Positions 10,797 through 18,398 of a DNA stretch of 32,000 bases are shown here, piece after piece. Source of the stretch: Acaryochloris marina MBIC11017 (GTDB lineage: Bacteria; Cyanobacteriota; Cyanobacteriia; Thermosynechococcales; Thermosynechococcaceae); NCBI RefSeq assembly GCF_000018105.1, contig NC_009925.1, positions 6,090,001 through 6,122,000 on the forward strand. The letters are read 5' to 3'. The notes under the pieces were generated by a model, which was not told the origin of the DNA, did no database searches, and worked only from the letters and a program-made list of their open reading frames with translations. Position numbers and translations under genes: made by a program. Every line of letters starts with the position of its first letter. The stretch's first letter is position 1.

Positions 10797-11642
10797 ATGC
10801 AAGCTCCCCCTAAAACATCGGTAATTTCTACGGATAAATTTACAAATCCGTCATTACCCGCTCAATTTATGGTGATGATTATTATCTCGTGGGTGTTGCT
10901 TCTATTTGTAGGCGGAAGTTTATTCTTCTTCCCTGGGTTTGCTCGCAGCCACTGGATGTGGGCATTAACTCCTTTTAATACCAATTTCTTAGGGGCCGTG
11001 TATCTAAGTGCATGGGTGCCTTTAACGGTGGTCTTATGGGTTCGCCGCTGGGCGCCTGCACGGCTAATTCTACCGATGCTTTGGGTCGTAACTACTTTTA
11101 TCCTGATAGCCTCGTTTTCCCATCCTGAGCAGTTTGCGTTAAACCGGCGTGTCACAGGGATTTGGTATTGGCTCTATTTAGTTGACTGCCTGGGAGCCAC
11201 TTACTACTTGGGCAAATTTCACAGTCGTCCTCCTGCTAGTTCATCACGAGTCGGGAAGCAGTGGGCTTTGGTATTGCGGGCTCAGGGCTTTGCATTGGGC
11301 GGGTTTGGTGTAGGTTTGCTCGGAATCCCCGCCTTGTTTGGTCAATTTTGGCCTTGGCCCCTCGATCTTTTTCACTGTCAGTTGTACAGCTCAATTTTTA
11401 TTGCTGGAGCGGTGGGCAGTTGGGTATTGCAGCGAGCAGCAACTTCAGTTGAGCTGTTGACGATGGGTCTGACTCAGTTGACATTTAGCCTTTTAGTTCT
11501 GATCGGGATGACAGTGGTAGATGCTTCGGTGCATAAAATCCAGTGGCTGCAGGCTGGAACTATTGTTTGGCTAGGTAGTTTTGTTGTTTTAGGTTTCATT
11601 GGCATGATGATGATTCGTCAGTCTTGCAAAGCTGATGCATAA
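10797..11642 (+). CDS. Multi-pass membrane protein of unknown function (about 8 TM, apparent 2 x 4-TM internal duplication)
   Basis: 281-aa hydrophobic ORF, 46 nt downstream of and co-directional with the STAND gene. The halves align by eye: FFPGFARSHWMWALTPFNTNFLGAVYLSAWV against GIPALFGQFWPWPLDLFHCQLYSSIFIAGAV. Confidence 0.7.
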   Translation: MQAPPKTSVISTDKFTNPSLPAQFMVMIIISWVLLLFVGGSLFFFPGFARSHWMWALTPFNTNFLGAVYLSAWVPLTVVLWVRRWAPARLILPMLWVVTTFILIASFSHPEQFALNRRVTGIWYWLYLVDCLGATYYLGKFHSRPPASSSRVGKQWALVLRAQGFALGGFGVGLLGIPALFGQFWPWPLDLFHCQLYSSIFIAGAVGSWVLQRAATSVELLTMGLTQLTFSLLVLIGMTVVDASVHKIQWLQAGTIVWLGSFVVLGFIGMMMIRQSCKADA

Positions 11643-11892
11643 AGTAAACCTTGGGATGTAAACAGAAGAGTTGATCCAGTTTTACTTCCATGATTCTTCA
11701 TCCATAGTTATGTAATATGAAATCTCAAGAGAATTCAAAAGTTAAAGTATTGACTTTAGCTTGACTTGAATAGACGAGTATAGGTAATACAAAATTTGTC
11801 GAGAATTTGAAAAATTAAAAGACTGCATGAATTACTAGGTGTGATAACGGGGTTTGCGATCGCACTGAGCGGGCTTAACCTACATTATTCAT

Positions 11893-12022
11893 GACATTTC
11901 TAAAAATATCTCTAAAAGTCTTCTATTACCGCCGTCAAATTTCTCCTCAAACCGTTCAGGCCATCCTTCAATCTCATGCTGAAGGCAGTAGCATCGGAGG
12001 CCTATCCCACATCACAGGTGTG
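11893..12022 (+). pseudogene. Remnant of an IS1-family insA (5' fragment)
   Basis: It translates to ...YYRRQISPQTVQAILQSHAEGSSIGGLSHITGV, matching CYRRQISPETIQTILQAHVEGSSLRGLSRITGV of the intact copy at 18892-19269. Nucleotide identity is roughly 78% by eye. Confidence 0.65.
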
Positions 12023-12024
12023 AT

Positions 12025-12070
12025 TAAATATTGGTAAGCCTCCGGCTTGTCGGGGGCTTACCAATATTTA
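12025..12070. repeat. 46-bp palindromic element (16-bp perfect arms)
   Basis: TAAATATTGGTAAGCC (12025-12040) and GGCTTACCAATATTTA (12055-12070) are exact reverse complements around a GC-rich 14-nt spacer. The element directly abuts the break point of the IS1 remnant. Confidence 0.8.
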
Positions 12071-13437
12071 GTTAATATGAATAAAATACTTTACCATCTA
12101 AACCAAATAATTCCGCTGTTGAAACCTCTACATAACTATCACTTACTCTAAAGTTGCTATCGAGCAATTGAACCCTTTGAGTATGCTGCTGTTTGCAAGT
12201 TTTAAAAGAACAAATGTTCGATGATTTTTGTGCCATTTCAACTAAACTAAGTTGATTGTTTAATGATCTAATCCTAACGATAAATTTATTCATTCTTTTT
12301 GTATTTTTATATTAGATGTAATGGCTCAATATTTATATTTCAAAGTCTAGTTTTTTCTTAGGCTATTGAGCTGTAAGAGTTCTTGTAAGGTCTTTCCATC
12401 ATGATAGATGTTGAATCTTCGCTAGAAAGAAGTAGTTGATAATTGAGCTAAAGACGATGATTGCGAACTCTTTCAGGAGTGATATCTGTAAGATAACCCT
12501 AAATATCATCATTATTTATATAGGTGAAAATCATCACTCTGCCAAATGACAATCTTTCGATTATTAAAAAAGCCTATATGTTGCAGGTTGACCATTAACC
12601 CTTACTCCATTTCAACTTCGATCATCATCACAGGTTCCATCAATTAGTTTGTATTTCTTATTATCACTACTCTGAACCTGGACTAGCTGGGTGTGGTCCT
12701 TAGATATTGTATATGAGAGTAGATAAATATCGATGTCAGGTTTCCTGTCAATAGAGTAGACTATACGGTACTTTTATGTCTCAGCGCTAAGAAATGCTTA
12801 GCATGTTCCATTAATATGTAAAACTCATTAGTGATGAATAGTATTTTTCTCATATCTAATAGTAAATCTAAAAACTATCAATACAATCAGTGATATTACT
12901 TATTTTGCAACTTAATGTGATGTGCAACAAGACAAAATATTTCCGAATTATTGAATAATATATCCTTGTTGATAATTTCAATTAAGCCAATATTGTATGA
13001 TATTTAATTTCTATTTTATAGAATTAATAAGTGAAGTTGAAGATGTGACTTCTCAATAAATTTAATTGCTGAATTAGCCTGTGATGCTTTCTATTTATGA
13101 TATTCAGCGATCTTTAGTATTTTGAATATCAGTATATTTTTGTTGTGCTTTTCAGTAGTTTTTCTATATAAAAATTACTCTATATAGAAATAAATAGCTT
13201 ATACATAAAATAAGTTTTTGATGGCGATCCGTGTTTATACTGACAGCTGAGATGATTGGCACGGGTAAGTTAGTAATACTACTAAGATTTTTCAAAAATT
13301 ATATTTATATATGATCTGTAATTCTAAATGAATTTCATCTCATGAATTGAGGATGTGCATGTATTTTGAAATTTCCTATTATTAAAAGTCTACAAAAAAG
13401 TAGATATCAATAATAATTTTATCTCTGAGTGCTTGAT

Positions 13438-13917
13438 ATGATGAATCAACAAATTCTACGCTATTTACTCAATTTTAAGAATCGCAATAGTAATCGAGGT
13501 TTCACGCTTTTAGAATTATTGGTAACAATAGTGATAATGGCAGTGCTTTCTGGCATAGCCTTACCATCTGTTCTAAATCAAACCCTTAAAGCAAAACAAG
13601 CAGCTGCTCATAACCATATTGGCTCAGTCAATCGGGCACAGCAAGTATATCGTCTTGAACGTGCAACATTTGCTAACTCCATTACTCAGTTGAGTATTGA
13701 TCTACCTATGACGACCAATGAATATACCTATTCATTTGGTGCAGCAAACGCCACTGTTGCTGAGTTTAGAGCTACTCCTCAAGATAATTCTCTGAGTGCT
13801 TTGACGGGATGTACACGCGCCAATATCGTAATAGGGACTTTAGCCACAACAGATTTTTCGATTGTTGAGCAGTCAGCTCCCGGTGGAGGTATTCCTGCTA
13901 CTCCTCCCAGTTGCTAG
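13438..13917 (+). CDS. Type IV pilin-like protein (prepilin with an N-terminal cleavage/methylation motif)
   Basis: ...NRNSNRG/FTLLELLVTIVIMAVLSGIALPS is the class III signal with Glu at +5, followed by the cyanobacterial pilin string SVNRAQQVYRLERATFA. Two C-terminal Cys residues are present. The track ORF starts at GTG 13429. The ATG at 13438 or 13441 is the more likely start. Confidence 0.85.
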   Translation: MMNQQILRYLLNFKNRNSNRGFTLLELLVTIVIMAVLSGIALPSVLNQTLKAKQAAAHNHIGSVNRAQQVYRLERATFANSITQLSIDLPMTTNEYTYSFGAANATVAEFRATPQDNSLSALTGCTRANIVIGTLATTDFSIVEQSAPGGGIPATPPSC

Positions 13918-14395
13918 CATGATTTAATAATAAGCAGTCACAAATGCGATGAGTGAGTTGGTGAAGTTTGAGATATTGCCCCTTCTCCAACATGACTTCC
14001 AGGTAAACCTTCGTTTGGTTGAGTTCGTTTAAGCTTAACATCATCTCTATCTCTTTCCGACTCAGTAGTGGAAATGTATAGACCACAATCGTTTCACTTA
14101 ACTTCATTATCGCCACAAGTCTCTGATTGATCTGTACTTGAGGCTGGAACCTTGATAGCAAAGCTTGAGCTTGGGTGACGGTATCTTCTGAATCGGCCAC
14201 AATCAACTGCATTAGACCCACGCCCAGAGGGTCAACGGGTTCATTCAAGTCATCAAGGTAGATTCAGTGAACTTGATCGCTGTTTAAATTGGCTCGGAAG
14301 ACTGGATATAATCAGGCTCAATGCTACGTTGAGGGTAAATAACAACGGCTTGCCAGACCACGCCACGGTATCAGGTACAGATTGAGATACAGATA
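13898..14395 (-). pseudogene. Rpn-family (PD-(D/E)XK, DUF2887/DUF4351-type) recombination-promoting nuclease/putative transposase, decayed distal part
   Basis: Family-typical strings are spread over three frames with stops: QAVVIYPQRSIEPDY, SDQVH*IYLDDLNEPVDPLGVGLMQLIV, and MKLSETIVVYTFPLLSRKEIEMMLSLNELNQTKVY. The 3' end is cut short and overlaps the pilin gene stop by 20 nt. Confidence 0.7.
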
Positions 14396-15349
14396 TAGCA
14401 GTCGCCATATTGAGAAGGACTTAAACTAGAGAAGTATTTTATTCCTTCTCCTGTGTGATGCCCAAAATTTATAGTTACGACCTACGTTGCAAAGTGATAG
14501 ATGCGATTGAGCTAGATGGGATGCGCCCTTCTGAGGCTAGTGAGCTGTTCGATATCAGTCGTAACACCATTAACCAATGGCAACACCTCAAGGCGGAAAC
14601 GGGTGATTTGCATCCCAAGCCAGTCCATCATCCTGGCCATAGCCATAAAATCACTGACTGGGACAAGTTTCGAGCGTTTGCCCACAAGCATCGTCATAAA
14701 ACCCAAGCTCAGATGGCTCAACTATGGGATGGAGAGATTAGTGATCGAACCATCTCAAGAGCCCTCCAGAAAATCGGATTTACTCGAAAAAAAAACATAT
14801 GGGTACCGAGAACGAGATGAGCACAAACGGGCAGAGTTCATCAAACGTCTAAGTACCGTAGATCCAGACGATATCGTCTATGCGGATGAGTCGGGCATGG
14901 ATCATCGAGACGAGTATGACTATGCTTATGGCCCCAAAGGTGAGCGGGTTTATGCTTTGAAGACTGGGCGTAGAAGCGGCCGAGTCAATATGATTGCGGC
15001 GTTGAGAGCCAAGCAATTAATGGCGCCGTTCACGATCGAAGGAGCTTGCAATCGCACCGTATTTGAAATTTGGCTGGAGCGTTGCTTGATACCTATGCTC
15101 AAACCTGGGCAGAAGCTGGTGATTGATAATGCCACTTTCCACAAGGGGGGACGAATACAGGAATTAGTGGAAAAAGCAGGATGTGAGGTTTGGTATTTAC
15201 CGCCTTATTCCCCTGACTTGAATAAGATTGAGCGGTCTTGGTCATGGATTAAAAGTCGCATCCGTCACCAATTAGACCATTTTGGGTCTCTCAGAGAAGC
15301 AATGGAACATGTCCTGCATCTGGCGTCCTGAATAGTATGGCGACTGCTA
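14396..15349 (+). mobile_element. IS630-family insertion sequence with a TA target-site duplication
   Basis: The terminal inverted repeats match over a 16-nt perfect reverse-complement stretch: TATAGCAGTCGCCATA (14394-14409) and TATGGCGACTGCTATA (15336-15351). The outermost TA on each side (14394-14395 and 15350-15351) is read as the duplicated target. A DDE transposase lies inside. Confidence 0.85.
14455..15331 (+). CDS. IS630-family DDE transposase, two frames joined at an A9 run
   Basis: Frame 1 encodes the HTH part (...ALQKIGFTRKK). The +1 frame continues ...KTYGYRERDEHKRAEF...DESGMD...DNATFHKG...LPPYSPDLNKIE (DD35E). The frames meet at AAAAAAAAA 14787-14795. Confidence 0.8.
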
Positions 15350-15351
15350 TA

Positions 15352-15567
15352 AATCTCAGTGAAGAACCGTTGATAAAACACCGGATCACGTTGAAACTAT
15401 ACTTCCACGAACCAAACCGTTTGATCTGAAGTCTCTGGCGTGGATAAGAAAACGGCATCGATACGGAAGGCAACCTGCTTGATTTCAACTGATGTAAATT
15501 CATAGCCTTGAGCGACTTCTAAGGACTGTCCTCGTAGCTCAAATAGGATGCCGGGGTCAGTCTTGAA
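15352..15567 (-). pseudogene. Rpn-family nuclease pseudogene, proximal part (same gene as 13898-14395, split by the IS630)
   Basis: Minus-strand translation gives FKTDPGILFELRGQSLEVAQGYEFTSVEIKQVAFRIDAVFLSTPETSDQTVWFVEV*FQRDPVFYQRFFTEI. An in-frame TAG sits where the family has Gln (EVQFQ). Confidence 0.7.
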
Positions 15568-15659
15568 CTAACGTTTCTCTACTAAAATCTATCTTGAAAA
15601 TTTTGCTTTTGGGTTTAGGATTGAAGGCATATGATTCGGTTTCAGATGGGGGACTGTTG

Positions 15660-17147
15660 ATGAAGCGTACTCATGCTTATAAGCCAGAAAAATCTAAGTC
15701 ACAACCGATACCTCAACAGATATCATCAGATCAAGCTCAATCAGCAACACCAGTTCCTCCCCCTATCCAAGCGAAAACAAATGAAGAAGGTTTGGCTGAA
15801 TGGAAAGCTCAACAGGAGAAGTGGGAAAAGTTTGGAACACCTTGGCAAGATAAGGTTCCTAATCCTTCAGGGGAATTGGCACAACCTTGGATTCAGCGGA
15901 AACTAACCCTTGGACAACCAGGAGATAAGTATGAACAGGAAGCGGATCGGATTGCTTCTCAGGTAGTACAGCAAATTAATGCCCCTACTTTATCTCAATT
16001 CAATCAAGGGCAATCCGTACAACGAGAGAAAGAATTGGAAGAGGAAGTCTTAGCGCAAAGTATTCGTCCTGCCATTCAGCGTCAGCAAGAAAAGACAGAT
16101 GAAAAAATATCATCAGAGTTAGAGTCTTCTATTAATACTGCTAGAGGTAGCGGACAGCCATTGGATACAGGATTGCAACAGTCAATGGGTCAGGTTATGG
16201 GTGCAGATTTTAGTGGCGTGAGGGTGCATACGGATGCCCAATCAGACCAATTGAATCAATCAATTCAGGCGAGGGCATTTACAACCGGGCAGGATGTATT
16301 TTTCCGAGAGGGGGCATATCAGCCAGGGAATCGTCATGGGCAAGAGTTGATTGCCCATGAGTTAACTCATGTAGTGCAACAGAATAGTGCAATTCAGGCT
16401 AAGAGAAGTAGTGTATCGTTCGAGCGGCTGCCTTCTAGAGAGCAGACTGAGAAAAGTGCAATGGCTTTTGGCCAACCTAGTGAGATAGTCAACCAATCGC
16501 CAGCAGGCCGAGTACATCGCTGTTGTGGAACAAGCGGCCCGACCGAACTTAAGGATGAGTTAGTGGGGACAGGTAGTAAACCAGGGGTGATCGTTGAAGC
16601 AATCCTCAATAAATCTGAAGAGTTTGCTAGCCTTAAAGCTAAGGCAGGAGTGACATACAAGACGGCTAAGAAGGGAACATCGGGTTCGTATGATCCTGAA
16701 AGCCATGAGGTCCGCCTAGCAAAAGGACAGAACACAACAACAGCCTTGAACGCAATTTTTGAGACTGCAAATGCCATACAGCATTCGCGATTTGCAAAAG
16801 TTAAAAATGCTTATGACAAAGGTGAATTTGAAAATGGAGCAAAACTGTCTGATTGGGAAGTAGACTCTCTAGACCCACTAAATCCCACTACTCCCGAAGA
16901 GTGGCGTGCTGCAATTCAAGAGTACTATGAGTGGGATAGCTTTCAGCTTGCGAGAAAAACCTTCGAAGAAGTAGAACCTTTCTTCAAAGAAGCGGGTAAG
17001 AGCGATGAGTTTGAAGCATTTGGAAAGTTTTTCCCTTGTGAAAATTTTTCAGACTATATCGGAGTCGCTAAAACGAACCACTACCGAGATCAGGTCACTC
17101 GCCTAAACGCAGCAAAAGACCCAAAGCGCATTAAGTTAAACTTCTAA
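15660..17147 (+). CDS. DUF4157-domain (HExxH zincin-like) protein with an uncharacterised C-terminal domain of about 230 aa; toxin-like architecture
   Basis: Signature strings are LTLGQPGDKYEQEADRIASQVV and GADFSGVRVHTDAQSDQLNQSIQARAFTTGQDVFFREGAYQPGNRHGQELIAHELTHVVQQ. I chose the ATG at 15660 (MKRTHAYK) over the upstream TTG of the track ORF. Confidence 0.85.
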   Translation: MKRTHAYKPEKSKSQPIPQQISSDQAQSATPVPPPIQAKTNEEGLAEWKAQQEKWEKFGTPWQDKVPNPSGELAQPWIQRKLTLGQPGDKYEQEADRIASQVVQQINAPTLSQFNQGQSVQREKELEEEVLAQSIRPAIQRQQEKTDEKISSELESSINTARGSGQPLDTGLQQSMGQVMGADFSGVRVHTDAQSDQLNQSIQARAFTTGQDVFFREGAYQPGNRHGQELIAHELTHVVQQNSAIQAKRSSVSFERLPSREQTEKSAMAFGQPSEIVNQSPAGRVHRCCGTSGPTELKDELVGTGSKPGVIVEAILNKSEEFASLKAKAGVTYKTAKKGTSGSYDPESHEVRLAKGQNTTTALNAIFETANAIQHSRFAKVKNAYDKGEFENGAKLSDWEVDSLDPLNPTTPEEWRAAIQEYYEWDSFQLARKTFEEVEPFFKEAGKSDEFEAFGKFFPCENFSDYIGVAKTNHYRDQVTRLNAAKDPKRIKLNF

Positions 17148-17157
17148 TCATCTATTT

Positions 17158-18126
17158 ATGATCCCCGGAGATATCCTTAAGGCTATTCGCCTCAGCGTTA
17201 TTACCCTTGCGAGTGATGCAGATATTGCTTTGGGGGAACTAATGTCTACTACTCTTCCAGACCCACTCCCACCTGTAGCGATCTTGCCTGTGGCCACAGG
17301 CTTAGCATGCGGTGGTTCAATAGAGCAACTTATCCCTGTCACCTCAACAATAGTTGCGGTTGCCTTTGCACTTCGTACTCTCGACGATATAGCTGATCAA
17401 GATAACTCTAATGCGCTGCATCAAAAAATAGGTATTGGACGTGCAGCAAATTTCTCTGCTGCGCTAATTGCCTTAGCTTCGCGTGAGATAGGAGTTCTCT
17501 CTAAATCATCACCCGATAGCATCCTCATGACAGGAGACTACTTTGATGCTCTGCTACGGATATTTGTTGGACAGGATAAAGACATTCAAAGAGAAGTTCG
17601 TTCATTGGTAGCATACGAAGAAGTCGTTGAATTGAAGACTGTTGCTGCTTATGAGCTAGCAGCAATTGTGGGTGCCAATGCTGTTACTGCCGATGGAAAT
17701 TTCACAAAGAAGTGTCGAGTCTGTGGTCGTCATATTGGTTGGGCACAGCAAATACTTGATGATATTGAGGCGTTCTGGTTTCTGGACAATGCAGAAGAAT
17801 CCGGTCATGAACAGTATACGTACCCTGTACTTCTAGGGATAGAGAATGGTGGTAGTACAGGTGAAGCAGTGTCAAGGCTTTGTAATCAGAAAGACCGAAA
17901 CGATGATGCTATTCGTAACCTACTGGATAGTCTTGATGTCCGAGGTCAATTAATGATGCGAGCATTAGATCATCGTGACCAGGCCCTGTTAGTTCTTGGT
18001 CCACCACTTCGGTCAGAGGGACATCAGCTTATCAAATTGTGGTTTGATTGGCTCTTTCGTGACGGAGAGCGCTTGTTGAAATTGTCATCATCAAGAAGTT
18101 TAATAAGTGGGTCGCCCTTGAGCTGA
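17158..18126 (+). CDS. Divergent polyprenyl synthetase-like (trans-isoprenyl diphosphate synthase fold) protein
   Basis: 322 aa, with its ATG 10 nt after the previous stop. The layout matches trans-IPPS enzymes: ACGGSIEQLIPVTSTIVAVAFALRTLDDIADQD (first Asp-rich motif), GQDKDI, LKTVAAYELAAIVGA, HIGWAQQILDDIEAF (second Asp-rich position), YTYPVLLGIE. The canonical RRG is missing and the second motif reads DDIEA. Confidence 0.6.
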   Translation: MIPGDILKAIRLSVITLASDADIALGELMSTTLPDPLPPVAILPVATGLACGGSIEQLIPVTSTIVAVAFALRTLDDIADQDNSNALHQKIGIGRAANFSAALIALASREIGVLSKSSPDSILMTGDYFDALLRIFVGQDKDIQREVRSLVAYEEVVELKTVAAYELAAIVGANAVTADGNFTKKCRVCGRHIGWAQQILDDIEAFWFLDNAEESGHEQYTYPVLLGIENGGSTGEAVSRLCNQKDRNDDAIRNLLDSLDVRGQLMMRALDHRDQALLVLGPPLRSEGHQLIKLWFDWLFRDGERLLKLSSSRSLISGSPLS

Positions 18127-18131
18127 TCAAG

Positions 18132-18389
18132 GTGGTTAATCAGGATGGAGAACGGCAATATGCGATTCGCTATGCGGGTAAACAAATCTTCTCAGAAGAA
18201 GTGGAATCGGAGATTGAAATAAAAAGACAAAGTTGTGAAATCCGAAAGGACGATAGAGAGCTAATTATAGAAATTATCGCTCTTTCATCACCCTTGACAG
18301 AAAAAAACGGCGTTTTCACCCTAGGCGCAGCCCTGGGTATGGCTCCATTATTCAGTAGAAGCATCCTATTTTTTCTAGGATTAACGTAA
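18132..18389 (+). CDS. Small hypothetical ORF (85 aa, GTG start), third member of the cassette
   Basis: It starts 5 nt after the previous stop in the same direction. It has a charged N-terminal half and a hydrophobic C-terminal tail (GVFTLGAALGMAPLFSRSILFFLGLT). It ends 10 nt before the IS1 remnant, so it may be truncated. Confidence 0.35.
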   Translation: MVNQDGERQYAIRYAGKQIFSEEVESEIEIKRQSCEIRKDDRELIIEIIALSSPLTEKNGVFTLGAALGMAPLFSRSILFFLGLT

Positions 18390-18398
18390 AACAACTCT

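Noticed and set aside
12072-12293. 73-aa minus-strand ORF in the AT-rich tract next to the palindrome.
   Set aside because: It has no ribosome-binding site and no recognisable motif, and its composition is typical of a random ORF in AT-rich DNA. It might be real but I cannot support it.
14516-14786. N-terminal 90 codons of the 271-aa track ORF (MGCALLRLVSCSISVV...), read as an independent gene start.
   Set aside because: This part overlaps the HTH-encoding frame of the IS630 transposase and looks like out-of-frame read-through. The real junction of the two frames is the A9 run at 14787-14795.
15594-15659. TTG-initiated 22-codon extension of the DUF4157 ORF (MKILLLGLGLKAYDSV...).
   Set aside because: It overlaps the decayed Rpn pseudogene region, and the ATG at 15660 gives a sensible N-terminus. 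The extension is probably non-coding.
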